Both the position numbers and the translations under genes were made by a program. From an uncultured virus (IMG/VR IMGVR_UViG_3300006467_000431) (taxonomy: Duplodnaviria > Heunggongvirae > Uroviricota > Caudoviricetes), in the IMG/VR virus record IMGVR_UViG_3300006467_000431: DNA of 64,000 nucleotides. One strand, written 5' to 3'. This document shows, piece after piece, positions 26,899 through 36,928 of this stretch (position 1 is its first letter; every line of letters begins with the position of its first letter). The notes beneath the pieces were generated by a model. It saw only the letters and a list, made by a program, of their open reading frames with translations, was not told where the DNA came from and made no database searches.

Positions 26899-27606
26899 AT
26901 GACAACGCCTGCTGTTCAGTCCGTTCCCCATGTTGATCTCGATGAGGCTTCCCTCGATGGAGGCATGGTCGAGCCCGCTGGCGACATCGAGTCGACGGCG
27001 GCGGGGCTCGTCCTCGACAATGCGAGAGAGACGCTGGATCTCTTGGTGAAGGGGATGTCGAAGGACAATGCTGTGCGTGTCCTTGCACAGATCTCGAGGC
27101 TTGCTACCTCGGCGCGTCAGACGATGGCCATCTTCGATCCAAACTCAGGTGTCGAATACACGGGGCTTTCGCGTCATCAGATGAAGGCGATGCTTCAGCG
27201 CAAGCGTCCGATGCGTCGTGAGACCACGGGGGTCGAGGCGATGAAGCAGCTTGTTGGTTTGCTGCAGGGCCATCACCAGGCACAGCAGGCCAAGCAGCTC
27301 AACGACCTGCTCGGTGCGGCCGAGAAGGCAAAGGCTGTTGGCAATGAGGAACTTGCCGTTCAGCTCGAGGAGCGGGGAGGCGTGATGGCAGCGAAGCTCC
27401 TCGGAGAAGAGTTCGCTGACACGAAGACGGACGTGCTTGCAGAGATGGCCATCGACAAGGTGGCAGGGAGTGCAGATCACTACGAAGGCTTCGGCAGTGT
27501 TTTTGCCGGGGTGCCTGGTTTTGCCGGCGTGCCTGGAGAGGTGGACCTCCCTGGACCCTATGACTCGAGCAACATGGTCTACTCGAGCGACATGGAGGAA
27601 GGGTGA
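26899..27606 (+). CDS. Hypothetical protein
   Basis: AGGAG SD after promoter. Confidence 0.7.
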   Translation: MTTPAVQSVPHVDLDEASLDGGMVEPAGDIESTAAGLVLDNARETLDLLVKGMSKDNAVRVLAQISRLATSARQTMAIFDPNSGVEYTGLSRHQMKAMLQRKRPMRRETTGVEAMKQLVGLLQGHHQAQQAKQLNDLLGAAEKAKAVGNEELAVQLEERGGVMAAKLLGEEFADTKTDVLAEMAIDKVAGSADHYEGFGSVFAGVPGFAGVPGEVDLPGPYDSSNMVYSSDMEEG

Positions 27607-28520
27607 TGCGCGCCTGGTACATCCCCAGTCGAACGGGAGACTTTCGTCTGGAGAAGCATCCTGAGGACGATGAGTTCTGCATCTTGACCACCGAAGACAT
27701 GACGCCCGATGAAGCGAAGCGGGTGAAGTCTTTCCTTGTCGAAGCGAAGACGAGGGGGTGGGTGGACAGCTCCCTGGTTCCGGCAAGCGGGCGTCACGAG
27801 CTCGTGGTGCGTTCGACAGTTCGGCAGGCCGGTCCGATCCTTGCGGCCGATGTGCTTCCGGGTCGGGGGGTCCTCACCGTCGTGAAGTCGGTGAAGGGCA
27901 CCGTGATGGCGGTGGTCGATGAAACCCAGGAACCAGAATCAGTGACACCCAAGGTCGAAGCGAATCCCAAGGACAAGAAGCTGGATGCAGCGGTGACGGT
28001 GCAGCGCCCCACGACGTGCTGTCCAGATCCCATCCCCGTCGAGGGTCCCCTCAAGCGTAGCAGCCGTGTCCTGCGCGAGTTCTGCACGCCGAGCCAGTGG
28101 CGCTCTTGGGTAGATCATGGCTTCCTCTACTGCATCGGTCAGCTCACTGGAGTGCGCTACCGGATCGTGCACCGGGAACATCCGCTGGCGGCAAAGCAGG
28201 GCAAGATCTGCCGTGATCTGGACAATGGAGTGACACTTCACTTCTACAACTGCTGGGTCCCTCCGGCCGAGGAGGTCTTGGCAGCGAAGCTCATTCTCGA
28301 AAACCGAGAGCCTTGGTTGCGCAACGAAGCAACCTTCTTCGGAGGAGGGGAGAAGTTCAAGAACCCCTTGGGGATGGGAGGTGATGGAACCTGGGATGCC
28401 ATGCTCTTTTCTGGAATCGGATCTCTCTTTCATCCACCCGGCAAGGTCCTTCTTGAGCCCTATGGGAGTGGTGAAGATCCGATGACGGTGATCAACGCAT
28501 ACATGAGCCAGTTTGACTGA
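27606..28520 (+). CDS. Hypothetical phage protein
   Basis: TGATG coupling; 304 aa. Confidence 0.75.
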   Translation: MRAWYIPSRTGDFRLEKHPEDDEFCILTTEDMTPDEAKRVKSFLVEAKTRGWVDSSLVPASGRHELVVRSTVRQAGPILAADVLPGRGVLTVVKSVKGTVMAVVDETQEPESVTPKVEANPKDKKLDAAVTVQRPTTCCPDPIPVEGPLKRSSRVLREFCTPSQWRSWVDHGFLYCIGQLTGVRYRIVHREHPLAAKQGKICRDLDNGVTLHFYNCWVPPAEEVLAAKLILENREPWLRNEATFFGGGEKFKNPLGMGGDGTWDAMLFSGIGSLFHPPGKVLLEPYGSGEDPMTVINAYMSQFD

Positions 28521-29866
28521 TGGAGCTTCTCTGTACGATTGCTGGGACCTCGATGGTCTCCGTGGCCATGACTCTGGGTGTGGTCTACGGAATCCGATCT
28601 ATGCGACTCGGCACTGCTTCCCCAAAGCAGCTTTCTCTTCAGACACCTCAGCCGCTCGAGGTGTGGAAGGTCTTTGGTCTTGGAGAGGTGCTCATTCAGG
28701 AGGTTGATGAGCAGCGCGGGGTCGTTGCGGTCACTCCTGAAGAAGGAGATGAGCGGAAGGTATGGCTGTCGCTGATTCAGCTCCAGAGCCGAGGTGTGAT
28801 GCTTCATCATTCGAATGGCTCAGGTAGAAGCCTGGATCGCGTTCGTCGAATGCGCGACAGGAACTCATGATGCGACGACCTCATCGACCGGACCTGTTTG
28901 GGATCCTCTTTCCTCCGGTTTTGGGGCTTGTGGGGTCTCTTGTTCTGTGGGGGCTCTACCTGTCTGCCGTGGGGGGCTTGTGAGTGAGCTCAAGAAGTTG
29001 GCCCGTCTCGTGTTCGAGATGACGCGTCGCCAGATCTGGCTCGGCGGCAAGGTGGTTTTCCTTCAGGTGGACCATGGGAGGAGCACTCGCATAGACGACG
29101 ACTGGCCCGAAGAGGTCGAGTTTCCAGACCTGGGTTCGGGGGTCATCTGGACGATGAGCCCCGAGGTCGAGCTCGGGGGTCATGCGATTCGTGTCTGCGT
29201 CAGCGCTTCCCCGAACCTCTTCAAGAGAGAGGGGTGCAAGGTACGGGTCTTCGTCGATGGCCAGATCAAGTACCCAGGCGGTGTCTACGAGCAGCCCAAC
29301 TGGGCGTGGACCTGGCTGTGGGGAGAGAACTGGGCCACGCGCCTGGCGCGCATCGAGATCAGCGAGGGCGGCCGCACCGGTCCGGTCCATCGGCGAGACC
29401 AGCTCATCACCGAAGCGAAGAAGCGCCTGCAGACCGCCCAGGTCAAGCACCATCCGACCCCCATCGACCCTGTCGACCCGGCCGCTGAAGAGGCGGTGCG
29501 TGAGGTCGAAGCCCTCATTGCTACAAGGAAGGCCCTTCATGAGCAAAACTGATCCACTCATCCGTCCTGGCGAGCGCATGGTGTCTCGCAAGGTCAAGGT
29601 CGAGGACCTGTCCGTCGGCATGGTGCTGTACCGCATGGTGAACGGACGCCTGAAGGTTCGAAAGGTCGAAGGCCTCTGGAACGGCGAGCACATCCGTTCC
29701 GAGCTGTCTGCCTGGGGGGTCTACCTCGGACCCTACTCGACCACCGACTGGCTCCGTGTCCAGTACACGGAGCGGAGGAAGAAGGATCGTCCCCGCCGAT
29801 CTCGCTGCACTCAGAAGGGCCTTGCCCGCTGGGCTCATGGGGTCGTGGAGCACGAGGAGGACTGAG

Positions 29867-30085
29867 ATGGCCATGGTGAAGTGTCCGGAGTGTGGGACCA
29901 AGATCTCAGAGTACGCAGCGATGTGTCCGAGGTGTGGCATCGACGAGGCCGGCATGGAGCAGGCTCGCTCTGCGAAGCTGGCCAAGGGCTGTGTCGAGGG
30001 CGGCTGCGCCATTCTCCAGCTGATGTTCCTTCTCGGATGCGGGGCCTTCCTCTGGCTGCTCTGGGCAGCTGGTGTGATTCCCTGA
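29867..30085 (+). CDS. Zinc-ribbon protein with C-terminal TM helix
   Basis: MAMVKCPECGTKISEYAAMCPRCG; hydrophobic C-terminus. Confidence 0.75.
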   Translation: MAMVKCPECGTKISEYAAMCPRCGIDEAGMEQARSAKLAKGCVEGGCAILQLMFLLGCGAFLWLLWAAGVIP

Positions 30086-30096
30086 CCGAGACCTCA

Positions 30097-30125
30097 TTGA
30101 CACGCTCCGTGTCGTGACATAGGCT
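30097..30125 (+). promoter_or_regulatory. Promoter with GACACG-N3-CGTGTC palindrome
   Basis: TTGACA-CGCTCCGTGTCGTGACA(17)-TAGGCT. Confidence 0.85.
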
Positions 30126-30173
30126 GACTGGAAAGCGAAAGCGGCACGGCCAGGAGCAAGTACGGAGGCTGAG

Positions 30174-30365
30174 ATGCCGAAGAGAGACGGACAGACGGAC
30201 GAGGAGAAGGCCGCGAAGATGCGTCGTTGGGCCATCGGACTTCACCAGATCTGGTTCTTCATGGAGAGCTTGGGCGTGTCGATCTCGAGTTCCGACGAGG
30301 AGCTCGCAGCAGCCTTCGATCTATGGTTTGAGTCGAAATCTCAGGTTGCGTCGAAGGGGGCATGA
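30174..30365 (+). CDS. Small hypothetical protein, paralog of 48616-48807
   Basis: TDEEKAAKMRRW...WFFMESLGV...ELAAAFDLWFE. Confidence 0.75.
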   Translation: MPKRDGQTDEEKAAKMRRWAIGLHQIWFFMESLGVSISSSDEELAAAFDLWFESKSQVASKGA

Positions 30366-30772
30366 TGTCGAAGGGAGAGGCTGGTGATCGGTCCTACGGT
30401 GAGGGCCTCATCGAGCGCTACACGAAAGGCCTTTGCATGGTGCGCAACCATGGCTTCAGCCTTCGCTCGAAGCTTTCGGGCGATGGATGGAGGGTGGTGC
30501 GCACCGAGGACGTGTACGTCATCCAGACGAGTCTGGTGGACGGTGTGCAGCCATCCTTTCATTCGCAGACCATCCAAGATCAGCTCGAGGCGCTCGAGTT
30601 CGCGCGAACTCACGGTCTGACGCGCCAGATGCTCGACGATATCCTGCATCTCATTCCGAAGAGCGTCTGACACAACCGCGACAAGTACCCGCGCCGTCCT
30701 CCAGAGCTGTTCTGGTTGTGGGCGCTTGACCTGGGAGATGCGCCCGCATCTCTCGATAGGAGACATTGCCCC

Positions 30773-31255
30773 ATGCCGAGCTACCCCATCTGGTGCAACG
30801 AGGACCCCGACGTCTTCCTCAGGGAGGTTGGTCCAGGTCTCTTTGTGGGTGCCAAGGGCGCTGCCAGTGTTCGTCCGTGGGACCTGGTGGTCGACTTGCA
30901 CGGCGTCGAGCTCGTCACGGCCGATGACTTGATCTTGCACCCCTTTCCGGATGGAAACCCCTTCCCGTCCGAGGTGCTCGACCAGGCCTACAGCAAGGTC
31001 GAGCGCGTGCGAGACCAAGGAGGTGTGACGCTCATCGCCTGCGACACGGGGCGGAGTCGCTCGGCATCGGCCGCCTACGCGATGCTACGCACGATCTGGG
31101 GCGTGGGACGCAACGATGCCAACAACCGTATCTCGACCCAGACGACCGTCCCGGTAGGCCGTCAGCGAAGGATGTCGGTGACCCATCCACGTCGAGAGAC
31201 GCTTTCGTCGGCGTTCGATTGGGTGGAGCATCGCCTGGAGCGATTGAGGGCCTAG
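30773..31255 (+). CDS. Dual-specificity/protein-tyrosine phosphatase-like protein
   Basis: REVGPGLFVG; TLIACDTGRSRSASAAYAML (CX5R). Confidence 0.85.
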   Translation: MPSYPIWCNEDPDVFLREVGPGLFVGAKGAASVRPWDLVVDLHGVELVTADDLILHPFPDGNPFPSEVLDQAYSKVERVRDQGGVTLIACDTGRSRSASAAYAMLRTIWGVGRNDANNRISTQTTVPVGRQRRMSVTHPRRETLSSAFDWVEHRLERLRA

Positions 31256-31457
31256 AAGAGTCCGACCTGCTTCTTCTCGGCCTGGATCATGTCGCGAAGT
31301 AGCTTGCGTGCCGCATCCAGCTTCGCCTGCAGCTGCTGCTGTGCAAGAGGGGTCTCGGTGCTGGCGAGACCCTCCTCGAGGCGCAAGATCTTCTTCTCGA
31401 TGTCCTGACGGCTGGCCATGTCGGCATTGTACCTGGCTCAAGCCTCTCAGTCGAACA

Positions 31458-32150
31458 TCAGGGCGACCATCCGAACATCGAGACTCCCTTCCCTGTGGTC
31501 CCTCTCGCGATGTTGCGAGCTGTCTGAGCCGCACCACGCTTCTTTCGCCCCTTTGCTCGGGTTATGGCGCTGTACCAGCGAGGAACACGACCGCTGGCTG
31601 GACGAAGTGGACGGGGCCACCGCAGCCTCAAGCCACCGAAGGCGGTCTGGGAGGGGCCTGGGATCGACTCATCGAGCTCGGCCATGGCGACAGCATCTCC
31701 CACATTGGCTGCAGCCGTCATCCTGGCGTACCAGTCCTTCGCCTCGGCCGTGGGGTAGCCGAGCTTGGCGTAGCTGGCGAGAAGATAGGGTTCGGCCTGG
31801 GCCGTGACCATCTGATTGAGGGCCTTGTCGGTGGGGAGCATCTTCTTGAGCTCGTTGAACTCCTTCTTGATGTCCTTCGGACGTGCGCCTCGAGCTGCAG
31901 CGACCTTGCGGATCTCGTTGTCGAGCTCGATGGCGCACTGATCGACGACCTCGGGACCGGCATTGGTGTAGGTCACGAGCGCTTCGCCGAGACGTCCCCG
32001 CTCGGAGGGGTAGTACAGGGCGAGGAAGTGGAAGTAGTCGAGGCAGATCGAGTGGATGCCGCTTGCAGAGGTTCCTCCCCCACCAGCGGTCAGGCCATCC
32101 TGGGCGAAGCTGCTTCGGTACGCAGGGATTCGGGCTCCATAGCGGCTCAT
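31458..32150 (-). CDS. Hypothetical protein
   Basis: ATGA overlap with the upstream gene; strong codon bias. Confidence 0.65.
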   Translation of the reverse strand: MSRYGARIPAYRSSFAQDGLTAGGGGTSASGIHSICLDYFHFLALYYPSERGRLGEALVTYTNAGPEVVDQCAIELDNEIRKVAAARGARPKDIKKEFNELKKMLPTDKALNQMVTAQAEPYLLASYAKLGYPTAEAKDWYARMTAAANVGDAVAMAELDESIPGPSQTAFGGLRLRWPRPLRPASGRVPRWYSAITRAKGRKKRGAAQTARNIARGTTGKGVSMFGWSP

Positions 32151-32809
32151 GTCGGACGACTCAGGGCCTTGAGGGACATCCCGGCGACCTTGCCGCCGAT
32201 GGGAGCCGACCGTGGAGACATCGAGAAGACGTAGGTGACACCTCCGCCGGCCTTGTTCCTGGCCTTGAAGAGGAAGACATTGTACTTCTGGGCCACCTTG
32301 GCCATGAGCTTGTCGACGCCAGGCTGGCGGTCCGTTGGGATGCTCACTCCCACCTGCCAGGAGCCACCGGTGATGTCCCACACTGCCTTGTGGGCGATGC
32401 TAGGGGTCCAGTGGTGCTGCTCGAGGACGAGCTTCGCGTATTGAGCAGCGGCCTGGGGGTCCTGGGGTGGCGGGGCCTTGGGGGCCTTGGGTCGCATGAG
32501 CTGCCCCTGTGGACCAAACTCGAAGCCAGCAGGTGCTTGTACGCCGTAGCGATGCTCGAGCATCGTTCCTGCCGCCCCCTGGCTCGAGGCGCCGAAGTTG
32601 TCGAACCCGTGTGCGCCGAAGTGGAAGCCGCTGTCATCGGCACCGAACATCTCGCTGGCGACGCGGTCACCGATGTCGAAGTACATGTCGGAGCCGTAGT
32701 CCTCTTCCTTGGCAACGAGGCCTGCGTCAGGGACGTCCGCATCGGTCACGTCACCTCGAGCTCCGAGGTAGGGAAACTCGGTGTCGAATCCACGTAGCGT
32801 TCGGCTCAT
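32147..32809 (-). CDS. Hypothetical protein with repeated aromatic-Gly motifs in the N-terminus
   Basis: CAGGAG SD; YLGA, DYGS, MFGA, HFGA, NFGA, RYGV. Confidence 0.7.
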   Translation of the reverse strand: MSRTLRGFDTEFPYLGARGDVTDADVPDAGLVAKEEDYGSDMYFDIGDRVASEMFGADDSGFHFGAHGFDNFGASSQGAAGTMLEHRYGVQAPAGFEFGPQGQLMRPKAPKAPPPQDPQAAAQYAKLVLEQHHWTPSIAHKAVWDITGGSWQVGVSIPTDRQPGVDKLMAKVAQKYNVFLFKARNKAGGGVTYVFSMSPRSAPIGGKVAGMSLKALSRPT

Positions 32810-32895
32810 GACAGATGCTCCTGACTGCTGCTTGGCACCAGTCTAACAGCCTCTGCCGGTTGCTCCATGCTAGCTTGCTGCCCTGGAGGTGCTCC

Positions 32896-33237
32896 ATGCA
32901 GCATGAATGCGCTCGAGAACTGAAGACCGGTGGATGGCATTGGGTGGGGAGCCACACGACCGATTGCCGAGGTAGGGGCTGCGAGCCTCACGACACGAAA
33001 GAGGAGGCCCAGAACTGCCAGTACGAGCACGAGCTCTCAGGTGCTCGGGAGATGACCTGGAACAGCGCGCATCCATGTGCGGAGTGCCTGGTCAACGGCA
33101 AGGGCAAGATCTGGACTGACAAGTCGCTCCAGCTTGGCGGCTACATGGGTCAGATCGTGCACCTGTGCGATGACTGCCGAACCATCGATGTGCTTCGCAA
33201 GCACACGGAGCCGCCCATCGATCGTTGGGTCAGCTGA
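32896..33237 (+). CDS. Cys/His-rich hypothetical protein
   Basis: GGAGG SD; multiple CxxC. Confidence 0.6.
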   Translation: MQHECARELKTGGWHWVGSHTTDCRGRGCEPHDTKEEAQNCQYEHELSGAREMTWNSAHPCAECLVNGKGKIWTDKSLQLGGYMGQIVHLCDDCRTIDVLRKHTEPPIDRWVS

Positions 33238-33249
33238 TGAGCTTCAGCG

Positions 33250-34095
33250 TCAGGCCGGGACGGCTTCCAGCTCGATGATCTCCTGGCTCCACCTGTCGAA
33301 GCTGCTGATCGAGGTGGTGCTCGTCTTCCCCTCCTTGAAGGAGTCGCCATCGAGCTTCACGGCCGTCCAGGTGACGTCCTCGTCGTTCAGAGCGTCAATG
33401 CGACGGAGTCCACCCTTTCCGTTGCCGTGGATCTGACCGACCTCGAGGCCGTCGTCACCTTCGTCGTCCTCGTCATCGTCGTCATCGTCGTCGACAGACT
33501 CGTCGTCGATGGGCTCTCCGTCGTCGTCGATGAGCTCTCCGTCGTCGTCGATGGGCTCTCCGTCGTCGTCGGCTGGATCGACCGGGTCGTCGTCGACAGG
33601 CACTACAGGTGCCCGCGAACCCGTCATCTGCCTCTTGGCAGCAGCGACCTTCGCCTTGGCGCTGGCCTGGCGCTCGGCTTCAGCGGAACGCATTGCCTCG
33701 AGCTCTCGAGGACTTGGAACCTCGAACTCGGCCTCGAGGAGATTGCCATTCATCGGGTATCCGGCTTGCTCGAAGAGCATCTCGATGGCGATCTGCACCA
33801 TCTCCATGCTGATGCCCTCCCTGGCCTGGGGTGGGACCTTTCCATAGAACTCGGCGGCCGCCTTGTCGAGGCGGATCTGCACCTTGACCTCCATGGACCT
33901 CGCCAGCACGGCCTTCTCGACAGCCTCATCGGTCCTCTTCTGCAGGAGTCGGTTGCAGAACTTCTCGATCCCACGAAGGGCCTTCGGATTGGCGGCGAGC
34001 CACTCTCGGACCGGACCTCGCTTCTGCCGCTCGAGGGTGTACCACTGCTTGATGATGTGATGATCGAGGCGTTCGGGGGGAAGGACGGGCATCAC
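33250..34095 (-). CDS. Hypothetical protein with acidic linker and C-terminal small beta domain
   Basis: Asp-rich tract; C-terminus similar to the 43561 and 43761 proteins. Confidence 0.75.
   Translation of the reverse strand: MMPVLPPERLDHHIIKQWYTLERQKRGPVREWLAANPKALRGIEKFCNRLLQKRTDEAVEKAVLARSMEVKVQIRLDKAAAEFYGKVPPQAREGISMEMVQIAIEMLFEQAGYPMNGNLLEAEFEVPSPRELEAMRSAEAERQASAKAKVAAAKRQMTGSRAPVVPVDDDPVDPADDDGEPIDDDGELIDDDGEPIDDESVDDDDDDDEDDEGDDGLEVGQIHGNGKGGLRRIDALNDEDVTWTAVKLDGDSFKEGKTSTTSISSFDRWSQEIIELEAVPA
33502..33568. repeat. Three tandem 21-bp units encoding DDDGE(P/L)I
   Basis: GTCGTCGATG(G/A)GCTCTCCGTC x3. Confidence 0.85.
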
Positions 34096-34190
34096 GACAC
34101 TCCAGATTCGGGTGGCGCATCATGCGCCATGGCCCTCCTGACATACCGCCCGCAACGCATTTGGTCAACTCTGTTGATGATATGTGGACC

Positions 34191-34727
34191 TCAGCAGAGG
34201 TGATCTGCTGCTCCGTAGAGGTCCGTCACACTTCCGAAGCTCACCGGACTCGAGGTGTTCTTCGGGGTGCGGGCGCGCCACCACTCTCGGTCTTGTCGGT
34301 AGCCGAGCAGATTGGTGGCGATGCCATCGCAGAAGCGCTCTTCGGGGTCAATGTCGTGGAAGTGGTCGCCAGCTGGATCGACATCATGGGGCCGTGCATC
34401 GGTGAAGGCGGCCTTGAGCGTCGGGGTGTCGGCCACCATCCGATGGGACAGTTCATGAGCCATCAACCATGCGATGCTTCGAGGTGTCTCGGTCGGGTCG
34501 ACGAAGAGATAGCTGTCCGTCCCCCGAGTGAACCCACGGAAGGCGTAGGGCTCGGCATGCCGCCCCAAGATCTTGTTCGCCATCGAGCGTGGGTAGATGT
34601 GGACAGTGGCCTGAACGTCCTTGAACAGGCGCCGCATCGCCGCCATCTGTGGCGGTGCGGGCACCCAGGCCTTGGCTTGAGGATGGACATCGAGCGTGAA
34701 CACGATGGGATGATAACTTGGCCCCAT
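34191..34727 (-). CDS. Zincin-like metallopeptidase domain protein
   Basis: MAHELSH followed by EERFCD. Confidence 0.6.
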   Translation of the reverse strand: MGPSYHPIVFTLDVHPQAKAWVPAPPQMAAMRRLFKDVQATVHIYPRSMANKILGRHAEPYAFRGFTRGTDSYLFVDPTETPRSIAWLMAHELSHRMVADTPTLKAAFTDARPHDVDPAGDHFHDIDPEERFCDGIATNLLGYRQDREWWRARTPKNTSSPVSFGSVTDLYGAADHLC

Positions 34728-36510
34728 GGTGTCAGGCTCCCCCATCTCGAGTGACGTCGCAGATTCGCCCCCATCGGGAAGTGATGTCCTGCGTGAGCTG
34801 TCCGATGCGATGGGCACCATCGGGGTCGCGAGTCATCCAGAGAGCATCGACCAGATCTGGGAAGCCAGTCCAGAGCATGCCGAGGTCCTGGTGTGCCTGC
34901 TCGAGGACATCCCTCGTTCCATCGTTCGCCCCATCGTCGAGTGCCTCAAGCCTCTCTGCCATGAGCGCTCGGGCATCGCGACGCCACAAGCAGCTCAGTT
35001 GTGCCGGGTGCTCACGCACCTTGGGACCGACCCACGTTCCTACCGGGAGGGGGTGCGGACGCTCCAGACCATCGAGCGCATCATCGAGCCCGACATTCGA
35101 CTCGATGACTTCGTCGGTCGGTGTCTGGGGCGCCTCGACAAGGAAGGGGTGCTCGGCCGACGTCGACTCAACCAGCTGGCGCGCTTCCTGCGAGCCCTCG
35201 ACAAGCGACCCGGCACCCTCGTCGTCGACAAGCGGATGTTGTCGGTGGGCGATGACGACCTTCTGCTGACCGATCTACACGACCTCCATGGCGAGCTGGG
35301 ACACCATAGCAAGCTGTGGGGGCCTCGAGCAGCTTCCGAGGTCCTCTACCCCCAGACACAGGCCTTTGGAGCGCTCGCCAAGGTTCAGACGCCAGTGCGT
35401 GGCACCCTGGTGGTCAGGGAACCTTCGCTGGCCCTGGTGCCGGCTCGCAGCACTCGACTCGAGTGGCAGCGCGTAGATCCAATCCCCGAGGGCCTGACGG
35501 TGCCCGATCCGAAGGCCGAGCTGACCCCCTACCTGCACCTGGTCGGCTCGTGGGACGATCCAGACCTCCGACCCACCCTCGATGTGCTCTACCTCGGGCT
35601 GCGTGTCGTGGACTCCATCGTTCAGAAGCAGTGGATGAACCGCCTGCGCCTGCTCGTGCGGCTTCACGATGAGCCCGGAAACCGCTCGTGCTACGAGCCC
35701 GATACCGGTGAGCTGCACCTGTGGCGGGGCCCGATGTCGGGATGGGCGATCGTCCACGAGCTCGTGCATGCCATCGACGACAACCTCTTCGACGGACCGG
35801 GCTTTGCATCGGACCAACATGGACACCCCCTGGCTTCCTTCGCAGCGATCGTGCGTCCTGACTACCGAGGGGTTTCCGAGGATCGTGCGAAGGCGCTCTG
35901 GGATGGTTTGGTCGCCAAGAACTTCAAGGGCTCCCTCGAGGCGGCTGCCCGCTCGGGTCAGACGGTGCCGTTGCAGGAAGTGCTCGATGCTGTTCCGTGG
36001 CCGGAGCCGTTCTGGAAGGTGATCTGCGAGCAGCTCGTTCTCTCTCAGGATGCGCTCACGGATCAAGATGTCGCCCAGGCCTTCGGTCAGCCAATGGGGC
36101 CTGGCGCTCAGTCGGTCCTGAGTGTCCTGCAGTGGGGGCTCACGACCAATGAAGGGGGACAGCACCTCATCGACTGGAAGAAGGCCCGCAGGGCGTTCCT
36201 CGAAGAAGAGCTCCACTACATGCTGTCGAGCCGGGAGATCTTCGCCCGCTTCTTCGACCAGTACGCCAGGCTCTACTGGAACCAGATCGGGCGCCCCTAC
36301 GGCCCTCACACTCGCCCTGGTGATATCGACCCACACGTGCTCGCTGCCCATGTTCCGACTTTTCATGAGGCCTTGGTGGAGGCGCAGATCATCGACATGG
36401 GCCACATCACCGGATTCGCGGGTGGCCAGTACGTTGAAGATACTGTTGGGGCGGTCGGTCTGGCGGCCGTGCTCCTCGGAATCGGAGCCGACTTCATCCG
36501 TCCGAGTTGA
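34726..36510 (+). CDS. Zincin-like protein resembling polyvalent-protein metallopeptidase domains, C-terminal hydrophobic tail (start uncertain)
   Basis: VHELVHAIDD and YMLSSREIFARFF. Confidence 0.65.
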   Translation: MVSGSPISSDVADSPPSGSDVLRELSDAMGTIGVASHPESIDQIWEASPEHAEVLVCLLEDIPRSIVRPIVECLKPLCHERSGIATPQAAQLCRVLTHLGTDPRSYREGVRTLQTIERIIEPDIRLDDFVGRCLGRLDKEGVLGRRRLNQLARFLRALDKRPGTLVVDKRMLSVGDDDLLLTDLHDLHGELGHHSKLWGPRAASEVLYPQTQAFGALAKVQTPVRGTLVVREPSLALVPARSTRLEWQRVDPIPEGLTVPDPKAELTPYLHLVGSWDDPDLRPTLDVLYLGLRVVDSIVQKQWMNRLRLLVRLHDEPGNRSCYEPDTGELHLWRGPMSGWAIVHELVHAIDDNLFDGPGFASDQHGHPLASFAAIVRPDYRGVSEDRAKALWDGLVAKNFKGSLEAAARSGQTVPLQEVLDAVPWPEPFWKVICEQLVLSQDALTDQDVAQAFGQPMGPGAQSVLSVLQWGLTTNEGGQHLIDWKKARRAFLEEELHYMLSSREIFARFFDQYARLYWNQIGRPYGPHTRPGDIDPHVLAAHVPTFHEALVEAQIIDMGHITGFAGGQYVEDTVGAVGLAAVLLGIGADFIRPS

Positions 36511-36535
36511 CACGCAGCGTGTCAGGCCATAGGCT
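36507..36535 (+). promoter_or_regulatory. Promoter with GACACG-N3-CGTGTC palindrome
   Basis: TTGACA-CGCAGCGTGTCAGGCCA(17)-TAGGCT. Confidence 0.85.
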
Positions 36536-36928
36536 CTGCCGATGTAGGAGCCTTCGTTGCCTGATCTGTCGACCCACGACCGCATCCGATGAGACGGCCT
36601 GACCATCGCTGGTTGCTGGATCAAATCCATGACCGCTTCGGTGCCCTCATCGAAGAGCATGACCTGATCTTCGCCGAGGAGACAGATCGCGCGATGGTGA
36701 GCTCCATCCGCAGTGACGTCTTCGAGGTTCGCATCGGCGTCGATGGCAGTGTGCGGGACTACTGGTCGCCCCGTCGAGGTCGCCAGGTCGTGTTGTGGTC
36801 GATCGATGGCCTGCAGCCCGTCATGAAGCATCCCTACCCGGCATGCGTTGGCCCTGGTTGGCGCAACGCCATGGTCGAGACCATCCAACAGGCCCTCACT
36901 GACGGCCTGAAGCTCGAGGAGTCCCCCG

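Noticed and set aside
27500..27536. 18-bp tandem duplication (FAGVPG x2)
   Set aside because: Only two copies in a likely disordered tail; ordinary slippage.
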